From Octopus sinensis (lineage: Eukaryota): DNA of 23,312 nt. The notes under the pieces are model-generated. The model did not search any database and was not told the DNA's origin. It worked only from the letters and a program-made list of their open reading frames with translations. The position numbers and the translations under genes are program-made. How positions within the stretch are numbered: position 1 is the stretch's first letter; each line of letters begins with the position of its first letter. The stretch spans positions 1-23,312 of the forward strand of contig NW_021836670.1 in the NCBI RefSeq assembly GCF_006345805.1, read 5' to 3'. Positions 10,946 to 21,141 of the stretch are shown in pieces.

Positions 10946-11099
10946 TGTCGCATCATAGATGTGCTATTGATGTCAAAGACTAGGAGGATCAAGAGAGTAG
11001 TTACGTCTGCTTGGGATTACACAGGCACCTAAAACAATTAGGAAAAGCATGGTACATACAGCTAATACTTGATTGTGAGTGCTACATAGTCTTTTATAC

Positions 11100-11255
11100 A
11101 TGCACACACACACACATAAAGATATAAAGGGCTTCTGCAGTCTTCATCTACCAAATTCAATTCATAATGTACCAGCCAACATGAGACTTTTGGTAGAGGA
11201 CATTTGTTGTCCAATGTTCTATACAGTGGGATCAAACCTACAACCAAGTATTTGC
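11100..11255 (-). mobile_element. SINE family A, diverged 5' half
   Basis: GGGCTTCTGCAGTCTTCATCTACCAAATTCA...GGTAGAGGACATTTG...CAGTGGGATCAAACC, next to (CA)n. Confidence 0.6.
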
Positions 11256-12239
11256 AATGTTTAAGTCCATAGTAACACAGTAATGAGAAATATAGTCAGA
11301 AAAGAATATATCATTTAAGATGGTTCGGAATTCCATACCCCTCTTTCTGATGTAATAGTTGTTTAGCTTTAGATCAGCTTTGATAAAGCAGATTTAAGAT
11401 GAAAGGAGTTCTAGCCAAGATTTCCTATCTCCTTTTTATTTATTTATTTTATTTTATGGACATAGTATATCTGGGACCATATTACTCAATATATCTTTCT
11501 TGTTGGTAAGGTGAAATTCGATGGAAATTTGGCTAATTTCTGAGGGACCATATAAATGTAAGAGGAAGCAGACAATTACACACTAGGTCACATGCCTTCA
11601 TGAAGATGTTGGTGAGGCAGAAATATACATATAATAACAGATTGAACAATTTGTTTTAGTCAAATGAGAATGACTAATTTCATCTATCCACCACAGGATG
11701 AAATAACATGGATCTTATAATATATTATGCGAAGTCTGTATCTTATTTCCCCTTGCTATGCCCAAATCATTGTACTATGATGTACTCCACTTGTATTCTT
11801 GTGTTTGCTCTTACTCTTATTCTCATTCTGCTCTATTTAAAAGGATAAACACACTTCAGCTATTCTTAACTAACTTTTATATGAGTTAACCCCACCAACC
11901 ACTTAGACCCTCTGAAGAAGCCTAGGGGCACACCCATTTTCCAAGCATTGTCTGCTCATCCCTGCATAACACTGAAAAGATGGAGATAATCTAGAAAGAT
12001 TTTGTTGCCTCTTACCAGAAATGGCCACAAGGAACTAGCACCTGTACACTCATTCAGTTTATTGCCAATTTGCTCTTTTGCTCAATTACTTATTTGTTTC
12101 TATATGCTTATATGTTTTCACACCCTTCACTCATACATGTGTGTGTATTCATCTAATACATTTGAATAAATAGACATACTGGAATGTTTACAGACTGATA
12201 TCTGCTGATTTTATATGCTCTCCATTTTCTTACTTGCCA

Positions 12240-12420
12240 TAGGAGAGTTCACGAAAAAAACAAAAGACGAAGACAGGTGGTGTAGAAAACAAACAGATGT
12301 ATTAGTATAACACTCAGGAATAGAAAAAGTATTTTATGTTTCGAGCCTACGCTCTTCTATAGAAAGGAATACAGAAAAAAAAACAAGGAGAGAAAAAAAA
12401 TGTGTAGTGGCTACCGATCT
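12240..12420 (-). mobile_element. Probable Penelope-like terminal (pLTR) fragment with a degenerate hammerhead-like motif
   Basis: Minus strand of 12338-12362 reads CTATAGAA-GAGC-GTAG-GCTC-GAAAC, a hairpin directly followed by GAAAC. The element abuts (TA)n. Confidence 0.45.
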
Positions 12421-12671
12421 ATATATATATATATATATGTACATATATCAAGCAGGTGCTGTCAGTAATTACTCAAGGTAGGCAGTTGGTGGCCTATATG
12501 TAGTAAAACACACAAAAAATAAGCAAAATATAGGTGTGCATCTGAGATTGAAAGGTAGGGGCGAATTATGCCTACATAGTCTACAAAAAAATAAAATATT
12601 TTGCATTTTATACAAAATAATCAGAATAACCTTCATAATTTTATTGAATTAGGTGCATATATTGCCATAAA

Positions 12672-12754
12672 AGAAAAATGTCGCTATCAATCTATTTTAT
12701 TCAAGGTAGGCAATGCCTACCTTGAATAAAATAGATTGATAGCAACATTTTTCT
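12672..12754. repeat. Near-perfect palindrome, 41-bp arms with a 1-nt spacer
   Basis: 12672-12712 is the reverse complement of 12714-12754 with one mismatch. Confidence 0.95.
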
Positions 12755-13539
12755 ACCTTGCTTACCTAGGTGGCACATCCCTGACATATACATGCATACG
12801 TAACACACAAAAAAAGAGAGAGAGGTGGGGGTGTATTTTATTGACTTTAGAAGGATAAAAAATGTTTTTTCATGAATATTTCTATTTTCATCAATGTGAC
12901 AGCTTGTATGTGTTTCCATATGTGCACATTAAATTAGTCACCTACTAAACAGTAGTTTCTGCAGTGACATATACAGGTGATATAAAGCTCTAAAAAGGTG
13001 GTGGGGACTCACAACTCAATTTCACACTCCAGCTGAAATCTGGAATCTTGCACTATATTATAAGAAAACAATGCATTTAGAAAGGTTACGGGAGTGTGAG
13101 AAACTATAGGGACTGGGACAGGGATTAAATGTCTTGCAGTAATATAGTAACATCTCTATGTTGTGAGTTCAAATTTCACCAAAGACAACTTTAACATCAG
13201 CTTTTTCAAGGTCAATACAATAAATATCAGTAACAAGCTAGGTTGATCCAACTGACAATTTCCACCAACACAATTTTTATGGCCTCCTACCAAAACTAGA
13301 ATCATTATATACTACTACTAAGAACTGTTAATGATGATGATAATGATACTCCCACCACTATAAGTATTTGACAAAGAAGTGCTGATCACATGTCTGGGTG
13401 GCATAGCTATTACACAAAAAGCAAAATGCATCCCACCGGCCATAAAATATGGAACAGTTCTTATTCCCTATCCAACCCTAGCAGATACTCCTGTTTATCT
13501 CCTTCTCTTTGACTGCCTTACTAAGTTTTATCTCCAGTT

Positions 13540-13924
13540 GGAGGCACAACGGCCCAGTGGTTAGGGCAGTGGACTCGCGGTCATAGGATTGTGGTTTCGA
13601 TTCCCAGACCGGGCGATGTGAGTGTTTATTGAGCGAAAACACTTAAAAGCTCCACGAGGCTCCGGCAAGGGATGGTGGTGATCCCTGCTGTACTCTTTCA
13701 CCACAACTTTCTCTCACTCTTACTTCCTGTTTCTGTTGTACCTGTATTTCAAGGGGCCGGCCTTGTCACTCTCTGTGTCACGCTGAATATCCCCGAGAAC
13801 TACGTTAAGGGTGCACGTGTCTGTGGAGTGCTCAGCTACTTACACGTTAATTTCACGAGCAGGCTGTTCCGTTGATTCGGATCAACCGGAACCCTCATCG
13901 TCGTAACCGACGGAGTGCTTCCAG
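13540..13924 (+). mobile_element. Full-length tRNA-derived SINE, family D, with a 13-bp target-site duplication
   Basis: Head GGAGGCACAACGGCCCAGTGGTTAGGGC...GGTTTCGATTCCC carries A and B boxes. TTTATCTCCAGTT occurs at 13527-13539 and 13925-13937. Many CpGs are retained. Confidence 0.92.
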
Positions 13925-14142
13925 TTTATCTCCAGTTAGACACATCACCCAGTTTTTACTTCCTGCATCCTCAACCTATGTTTTTCTTATAGACAATCAC
14001 CTGTAAAAGGTCAAGTAGACTGTCCTCTGGGAAGAAATGCAAACAAAACAAAGCAAAAAAAACATGGAAACCCTTTTCCTTCTTTGAGTTGAATAAAACA
14101 ACAACAACTACTACTACCAATAATAATAATAATAATAATAAT

Positions 14143-14287
14143 GCATGTGCCTGGTGTACCCTTATCAGACGGGTAGTCATGATGGGTATATTGGGCTTCG
14201 TATATTTTACCCCAGTGTCACTTTGATGGCATGAACTGCTCTCTCACTCAATAATAATAATAATGATGATGATGATAATAATAATAA
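14143..14287 (+). mobile_element. Short retroelement 3' fragment ending in (AAT)n
   Basis: A ~105-bp unique segment ending CTCTCACTC(AAT)n, inserted within an (AAT)n array. Confidence 0.45.
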
Positions 14288-14501
14288 TCCTTTCTACTAT
14301 AGGCATAAGGCCTGAAATTTTGGGGGTGGGGTAAGTCGATTATATCAACCCCAGTGCATAACTGGCACCTATTTAATCAACCCTGAAAGGATGAAAGGCA
14401 GAGTTGACCTCAACGAAATTTGAACTCAGAATATAGTGGCAGATGAAGTACCACTAAGTATTTCACCCGGCGTGCTAATGATTCTGCCAGCTTGCTGCCT
14501 T
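14288..14501 (-). mobile_element. SINE family B, full length
   Basis: Reverse complement begins AAGGCAGCAAGCTGGCAGAATCATTAGCACGCCGGGTGAAATACTTAG...TCTGAGTTCAAATTTC, matching the head at 16037. It ends in (ATT)n. Confidence 0.9.
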
Positions 14502-14739
14502 ACTACTACTACTAATAATAATAATATTTCGTTTTTGGATTTGGTTTGCAAGATTCTTTATATGATTTAAGACTATTGAAAAGGTTGCGAGACGCAATGA
14601 AAATTTTAGAAAAATAAAGATAAATAAGTGGAAATTTTACCGGTCAGTATGTTAAATTATAAGGCACAAAAAGAAAATGACTCTCCCCAGACACAACAGA
14701 ATAATAATAACAATAATAATAATAATAATAATAATAACA

Positions 14740-15047
14740 ACTCCTGGCAATTTGCTGTGCTTGAAAAGACACATCAAGCTAAGTAAAAGCGTGGTTGTCC
14801 TTGCATACAGGCTTGTCCCATGCAACCCTCTCCAGCTGACCATCTCTAATCTCACAGGCTCATAGATGCTGCTGCCAGGTAAAAAGCACCCAGTACACTC
14901 TGTAGAATGGTTGGCATTAGGAAGGGCATCCAGCCATAGAAACCATGCCAAAACAGATAGGGAGCCTGAACGGTGCTTCAGCTGGTCGGTTCCTGCCAAA
15001 CCGGCCAGCCCATGCCAACATAAAAAGCAGATGTTAAACGATGATGA
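14740..15047 (+). mobile_element. SINE-like element, family C, diverged
   Basis: GGTTGGCATTAGGAAGGGCATCCAGCCATAGAAAC...CCCATGCCAACAT...GATGTTAAACGATGATGA. Confidence 0.85.
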
Positions 15048-15049
15048 CG

Positions 15050-15162
15050 GCTTCTCTGCTATAGGCATAGCAGGCCAGATATTTTTGTGGGAGAAGGTTA
15101 ATCAATTACACCAACCCTGAAAGGATGAAAGCAAAGTCAACCCCAGTAACATTTGAATTCAG
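15050..15162 (-). mobile_element. SINE family B fragment
   Basis: CTATAGGCATAG...AACCCTGAAAGGATGAAAGCAAAGTCAACC...TTTGAATTCAGAA parallels 14298-14430. Confidence 0.75.
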
Positions 15163-15382
15163 AAAAAATAAACAAATCTATCAGCCCACCATCTAAATTA
15201 CTACTACTACTGCTGTTGTTGTTGTTAAGCAACAAGACAGGTAAGGGTGATTAGGTGATGGTCTAGGGCTTAGGGGCGGGAGATCCCAGACCTTGGAAAT
15301 TAAAAAAAAAAAAAACTTTGGTCGTCTTGTTGTAGTCGAGGGCTCTTCGTTGACGCCCAACACCACTGGGAGGTGGTGATGG

Positions 15383-15397
15383 TGCTGCTGCTGCTAT

Positions 15398-15434
<37 letters not shown>

Positions 15435-15455
15435 GCTACTACTACTACTATACTG

Positions 15456-15531
<76 letters not shown>

Positions 15532-15549
15532 TAATAATAATAATAATAA
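15383..15549. repeat. Compound (GCT)n(ACT)n(AAT)n trinucleotide microsatellite
   Basis: Directly visible. Generates the poly-I/S/V/A ORF at 15263-15703. Confidence 0.95.
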
Positions 15550-15692
15550 CTTCTGCTTTAGGTACAAGGTCAGCAATCTTGGGTGAGGGGGTTAGTTGAT
15601 ACCAAGGACTCCAAATGCTTGACTGGTAGTTTATTTTATTGACCCTGAAAGGATGAAAACAAAAGTAACCTAGGTAGGGTTTGAACTCAGTA
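15550..15692 (-). mobile_element. SINE family B fragment
   Basis: TAGGTACAAGG...GACTGGTAGTTTATTTTATTGACCCTGAAAGGATGAAA...TTTGAACTCAG. Confidence 0.75.
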
Positions 15693-16036
15693 TGTAAGTT
15701 CAAATCCTACTAAGGTTACTTTGCCTTTTCATTTCTCCAATAATTATAACTGTTTCTAATTTAGACGATTGACTAGTAAACTTGAGAGGAGTGGAGTTAA
15801 TTGATTATATTGATCCTAGTTCTTAACAGTTATTTTATTGACAATATTACAATTACTATTATTATTGTAACAGTAGCAGTAGTAGTGTTGGTGGTGGTGG
15901 TGGTAGAAGTAACAGCAGGGAACAATGACCTAACTGCAGGGCTCCACTCAATAAAGATTACAGACCAGTATTACACATTAGGCCTTCAACATCAGAATGG
16001 TCAATGAGACAAGTTCTGCAGACCATATGGGGCTAG

Positions 16037-16445
16037 AAGGCAGCAAGCTAGCAGAAACGTTAGCATGCTGGGTGAAATACTTAGCGGTATTTTGTCTGCT
16101 GTTACGTTCTGAGTTCAAATTCCACCGAGGTCAACTTTGCCTTTCATCTTTTTGGGGTCGATTAAATAAGTACCAGTTACACACTGGGGTCAATATAATC
16201 GATTTAATCCATTTGTCTGTCCTCTCTGTGTTTAGCTCCTTGTGGGTAGTAAAAAATAGGTATTTCATCTGTCGTTACATTCTGAGTTCAAATTCCGCCG
16301 AGGTCGACTTTGCCTTTCATCCTTTCAGGGTCGATAAATTAAGTACCAGTTACGCACTGGGTTGATATAATCGACTTAATTCCTTTGTCTGTCCTTGTTT
16401 GTCCCCTCTATGTTTAGCCCCTTGTGAGCAATAAAGAAATAAGAA
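16037..16445 (+). mobile_element. SINE family B with an internal 173-bp tandem duplication
   Basis: tRNA-like head, then the unit GGTATTT...TCTGAGTTCAAATTCC...TTGCCTTTCATC...AAGTACCAGTTAC...TTTAGC starting at both 16086 and 16259. Confidence 0.92.
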
Positions 16446-16938
16446 GAGTGGTAAGCTTATTACCTGCTTTTGTATAATCTATAGAAGCAGGCACCTTTGG
16501 GTCAAGTAATCTTTCTTGAAAACTATTAGAATTCTTCTGTGATATGTACCTTCCTTGTTACTATTACAACTATCAATACTGCAATAACTACTACTACATT
16601 AACTGCTGTAGGTACTACTACTACCACTACTGCTACTACCAAAGGGCTAACATCTTTAGCAAGCTGGTAACACATGGTGGGGTGTTTAGTAGGTTTACAA
16701 CTCAACACTTTATATTACTTGTCGATTGGTTGTTTATATTTCTGTGTCATGTTATTGTTATGGTATTGTGCTGATGATTGTTGCTTGTGCGGTGCTAGTG
16801 GTATTATCCTTCATGTTGTTTTAGCACTAATTCAGCCTTCACAAAGCATACTTATTATCAAATGCTTTTGACTTTTGGTGACCCTCCTAACTTCATACAA
16901 TTGTGTTTTACTCTCTTTTTAATGAAGTACAGAGTGGT

Positions 16939-17415
16939 TTAAACCTTCTGTTACCATAATGTCATGGCAAAAAGTTTATTCAAAATTAAAATTGTTATGC
17001 CCAAGTACAATTCAATTCAAATATATACAACATAGATATATACTTACCAAATAACTGATCTGATGGTTCAATTAGAAGATATTGAACCACTGGATCAATT
17101 ATGAGGTAAGTATTTTTCTACATTGTATATATTTGAATTGAATAGTACATAAGCAAAACAATTTCAATTTTTTAAAATATGTTCCAAACTTTTGGCCATA
17201 ACTGTAATTCTGTTGAAATACACTGCTCTTGTTTCAATTGACATTGAAAGGAATGAAAAATTTAGTAAGATAACTATCATTGTTCAATTAGTGTTTGAAA
17301 CATAAACATGAAATTTTCATGAAAAATTTTAATTTAGATAACTTATAATTTAGATCAATTTAATTTGATTTGGATTGCTTTATAACAGAAAGTTTATATT
17401 ATAGAACCAGGAGCA
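16939..17415. mobile_element. TTAA-type MITE (homologue of 8800-9056) interrupted by a foldback MITE
   Basis: TTAAACCTTCTGTTACCATA joined to ATTCTGTTGAAATACACTGC matches the reverse complement of the 9056 end, TTAACCTTTTCTTCAGCATATTTCTGATGAAATATACTGC. Confidence 0.7.
16959..17204. mobile_element. Foldback Tc1-like MITE with TA target duplication
   Basis: Arms 16961-17072 and 17081-17202 are imperfect inverted repeats. The right end reverse-complemented reads TA|CAGTTATGGCCAAAAGTTTGG, a Tc1-type terminus. TA at 16957-16958 and 17205-17206. Confidence 0.8.
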
Positions 17416-17440
17416 GCCTGGGACTGAATTCAACCTCTAT

Positions 17441-17707
17441 GTGACTGCACTGCATTAACCAGTGACTTTATTCGCAACATTATGCCTATAGGTAGTGTCA
17501 GAGTGAATTTCTAAGGCTCATAAGCCTCCACTGATGTCTTATGTTGGCTCCATTCTGATAGGTTGATAAAATTCTATCTGTTTGAGATGAGGAAACATAG
17601 CCAACATGAGACATCAATGGAGGTTTATAAGCCTTAGAAATTCACTCTGACACTGTCTACAGGCATAGTGTAGTGGGTAAAGGCACTGGTTAATGCAGTG
17701 CAGTTAC
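17441..17707. repeat. 109-bp inverted repeat with a 49-nt spacer
   Basis: 17441-17549 versus the reverse complement of 17599-17707 is 95/109 identical with no gaps. It extends weakly to ~17420 and ~17731. Confidence 0.95.
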
Positions 17708-18150
17708 CTAGGAGGTTTTGAGTTCAATTCCAAGCAAGGTACTAAGGTGAATCACAAGACAACTGAAAGAGGCTGGAGCACACAACCTGTGTCATCTCTT
17801 GTGAAAGGTAGGGGAGTCCAGTTTGCTGGACATTGTTGTAGAGCTGAAAAAGAAGTAATTTCTACTCTTCTCCTCTGGAAGCCATCTACTCGCAATACCA
17901 GAGGGCGCACACTCTCCTACCCTGATGTAATCTCCAGGGATACAGGCATTCAGCAACAGGACCTCCGTAATGCCATGATGGACCGTGAAGTCTGGCGTAG
18001 CATGGTAAATTCCATTGTCTCGACCATGGTCGAACAATGATGATGATGACAACAGCTAAATCATAGTGAAAAGCAACAATGAAGATGAAGACACTGCTCC
18101 AACAAATACATAAATTCCTCATCTCAAAAACATAGAATTGTATTACCTTA
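17599..18150 (+). mobile_element. Pol III-promoter element with a degenerate hammerhead-like motif, interrupted by an RTE fragment
   Basis: A-box-like GGCACTGGTTAA (~17682) and B-box GAGTTCAATTCC (17720-17731). Removing 17787-18053 restores CTGAAAGA-GGCTG-loop-CAGCT-AAATC. Confidence 0.55.
17787..18048 (+). mobile_element. 5'-truncated RTE-type LINE 3' end (ORF C-terminus and (TGA)n tail)
   Basis: VSSLVKGRGVQFAGHCCRAEKEVISTLLLWKPSTRNTRGRTLSYPDVISRDTG...AMMDREVWRSMV matches the RTE C-terminal RRLxxAGH...W.P...RGRP...DRxxWR pattern. The stop runs into TGATGATGATG. Candidate target duplication ACAAC at 17782-17786 and 18049-18053. Confidence 0.88.
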
Positions 18151-18236
18151 TTTTTACTAAAATGTCCAATATGACATTTTATTTTGAAATATGAACACTA
18201 TGAACAAACAACAGGATGGAAAATGCAAGTGGAAGG

Positions 18237-18648
18237 TACTCTTTTACTTGTTTCAGTCATTTGACTGTGGCCATGCTGGAGCACCACCTTTAGTCAAGCA
18301 AATCGACCCCAGGACTTATGCTTTGTAAGCCTAGTACTTTTTCTATCAGTCTCTTTTGGTGAGCTGCTAAGTTATGGAGATGTAAACACACCAGCACCAG
18401 TTGTCAAGCGATGTTGAGGAGACAAAGACACACACACATATATATATATATATATAGATATATATATATATATATATATAGATAATATAAATATATACAT
18501 ATATACGACGGGCTTCTTTCAGTTTCTGTCTACCAAATCCACTCACAAGGCTTTGGTCAGCCCGAGGTTGGTGCCATGCAGTGGGACCGAACCCGGAACC
18601 ATGTGGTTGGTAAGCAAGCTACTTACCACACAGCCACTCTTACGCCTA
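18237..18648 (-). mobile_element. SINE family A, full length, with internal (CA)n(TA)n
   Basis: Collinear with 21142-21536. The minus-strand head TGGCTGTGTGGTAAG...GGTTCCGGGTTCGGTCCC carries A and B boxes. Confidence 0.93.
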
Positions 18649-19559
18649 TGGAGGTAGTAATATCTTTTAAAATTCATTTTTATTTGTCAATATGTAAAAT
18701 TAATAGCTGTTTTTAAGCGTTTGAAGCTCCACCCAGTAATTATAAACTGATTCTAGATTCCTTGAAAAGTCAGAACAATTAAGGAGGGGGGTTGGATGGG
18801 GCGGGGTGCAGAATTTAAACAGATTTAACAAAAATTCAGTTCTGGAGATCTTTCAAAAGTAATAAGGCCAAATCTGGTGACAGGCATCATGTAATAGAGG
18901 CAAATTTTAGAAAATGGAATGATTAACAAAACTTTGATTATCTCATGTAAATTCCTTCATTTCTATCTTCAGTCTTAAACTCCTAATTGCTCTCCAGGCC
19001 AGAACACAGCTGAGAGAGTGAGAGATAGAAAGAGGTGGGGAAATTCAATCCCAGGACTGGACTGGTATTTTACCAAACTCCAAAAAACTGATTTCAGCAA
19101 GACTGACACTTTACAAAGTTCAGAGGAGGCTCAAAATGGGGTACTGTTCCTCATCAATTACTGATTCTCTATAAAGTTCAGGTGAGGTCCACAGTGAAGC
19201 CCTGCTCCAAAATCTAGAATTCTCCTTGACTGCATATAGAAAAAGGGTAACCTAATTGACTGACAAATAATTTACAACTATCATAAATGTTAAGACAAGG
19301 AAGCACAGGGCCTACCCCTATCCCAACATAGATATTTAAAAACATTTTTGTAAGAGTTCTTGATACAGTCACAATGTTTAAAGAATGATTTTAATTTGAA
19401 ATTATTTATATAAAAAAAACCTTTAAAAAATCAGAATGATATGATATAGAAGTAACTTTTGTATTGCATTAAGTGCTTTCACTACTTACAGCTTTTCAAA
19501 CATGTATTATATAAAAGCAACAATAAAAAAGTCTACAAGTCTGACTTAATGGGAAAGCT

Positions 19560-19895
19560 TGTATGTGGTCACTCAACCAGATAAAAATAGTAGTTGAATC
19601 TCCCTCATATTACATCTTATTCCCTTTTAAAATGATACATTAGGTTTTATAATCTTGTCTCTGAAAGACAAATGACAGATGGTATGATTATGGTTGGAAT
19701 GTCTTTAATGATAAGCGTGCTTTCCAGGGACTGGAGTTAATCAACAATAATGAAACAAGTCTGCAAGAGAGCCTCTGAGCAGCTATTTCACTTGCAAGAA
19801 ATAATGGCCAGATGTCCTTCACATACACCTTATTATTTTAGAAATGGAAAGACATTGAAACATATTGGTCCAGATATACAAATAATGGATGGTCA
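19560..19895 (+). mobile_element. Two adjacent diverged family G repeats
   Basis: AAAATAGTAGTTGAATCTCCCTCATATTACA...GGTTGGAATGTCTTTAAT, then GCAAGAAATAATGGCCAGATGTCCTTCACATACACC...GGATGGTCAC. Confidence 0.55.
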
Positions 19896-19954
19896 CCCCT
19901 CTCTCTCTCTTTCGGAGAGGCACTGAGCAGCTATACGCACACATACACATACGG

Positions 19955-20082
19955 CAGTAACTTCCACCTACCGAATTCAATCACAAAGCTTTGGTCGGCT
20001 CGGGGCTATAGTGGAAGACACCTACCCATAGTGCCACGCAGTGGGACTGAACCCGAAACCATGTAGCTAGAAAGCAAGCTCC
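19955..20082 (-). mobile_element. SINE family A, 5' half
   Basis: CACAAAGCTTTGGTCGGCTCGGGGCTATAGTGGAAGACAC...GTGCCACGCAGTGGGACTGAACCCGAAACCATGT. Confidence 0.88.
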
Positions 20083-21141
20083 TGGAACAATTTTGCTTAT
20101 GTTCAGTCAGATATGATGAAGGGCTAAACTGCAACCAGCCTATGTGTTAAATACTAATTTGATGCCATGACTTCTTTTGGTTTATAAAATGCTTTCAGAG
20201 AAAGGTAATTGATAGGCATTGTAAGGCTACCTTGCAGAGTTAATAAATTTGATCGGATATTTTGATTAAAAGTATGTAAACCCACTGTAGCCACCCTATT
20301 TCTCAATCAAATAATGATGTGGGCAGCTGTTAAAGAGAAATAACAAGATTGTTCAGATAAGACAGAAAAAACATGTTTGTGTTTATGACTGTGTGTGTTT
20401 GCATATTTGCAAGTGAGTGTATGTCTGTTATATTTTCATCATTGGAGACCAAAATTCTCAGTAATCTTACGTGTAGTTTTCTGAAAATGGTCTCACCATA
20501 TTGATTAGCGGATATAAACTGTAATGTTTTTGTAACGATGGATGGAAACTATGTCAAGAGAAACAGATTCTTGCCAATCTCAAAGAGATCCACAATCTGT
20601 ATTGATTTCTTTCCAATGAAAAATATAACTATAAACAAATCAAAACAGAAACGAAAAAATGGCATTGTTGAGTGAGATGAACAGTCATGAATCTCATAAC
20701 TTATTGATTTCCACTGATACTACCAACTCTCTAATGACTATTTTATTGCTATAGAGGGGAGGCAGCTAGAAAGAAACACGGAAGAGATACACACACACAG
20801 TTATCTTCAACAGCTTCATCAACACCATTAGTTTTATGTCCAACTTTCCTGATTTCCTATGGTGGTATGTTTAGGATGTTTCTATAAAAGAGTATCTTCC
20901 TCTGCACTATGATCCTAGATAAGACCATCAATAATAATATTTCACCTTTTAACTTCTGCTACAAATACTGGATCAGAAGTCTTTTGGCCTATTTTTCACT
21001 GTGGAATAATGGTACGCTCACAGAAACCTTAATCTGTAGCACAAATTTAAATGCCAGTTGAACGATTATGTCAATTTTTTTTCCATATTATAGAGCTTAG
21101 AAATGTATAAATTTAACAAGGTTGATTTGCTTTCATCACAC

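Noticed and set aside
11905-12000. CTGAAGA as a third hammerhead core
   Set aside because: I could not find a convincing stem II or a downstream GAAAC.
13540-13617. Functional tRNA gene (also the heads at ~3650-3725, ~17680-17735 and ~22830-22901)
   Set aside because: A and B boxes are present but acceptor and anticodon stems are poor, and each continues into repeat body sequence, so these are SINE heads.
15263-15703. 146-aa ORF with poly-I/S/V/A
   Set aside because: It is a translation of a trinucleotide microsatellite plus a SINE fragment.
16464-16545. Possible minus-strand exon ending at a CAG|GTAAT donor with a short open frame
   Set aside because: There is no good polypyrimidine acceptor and the peptide is not recognisable.
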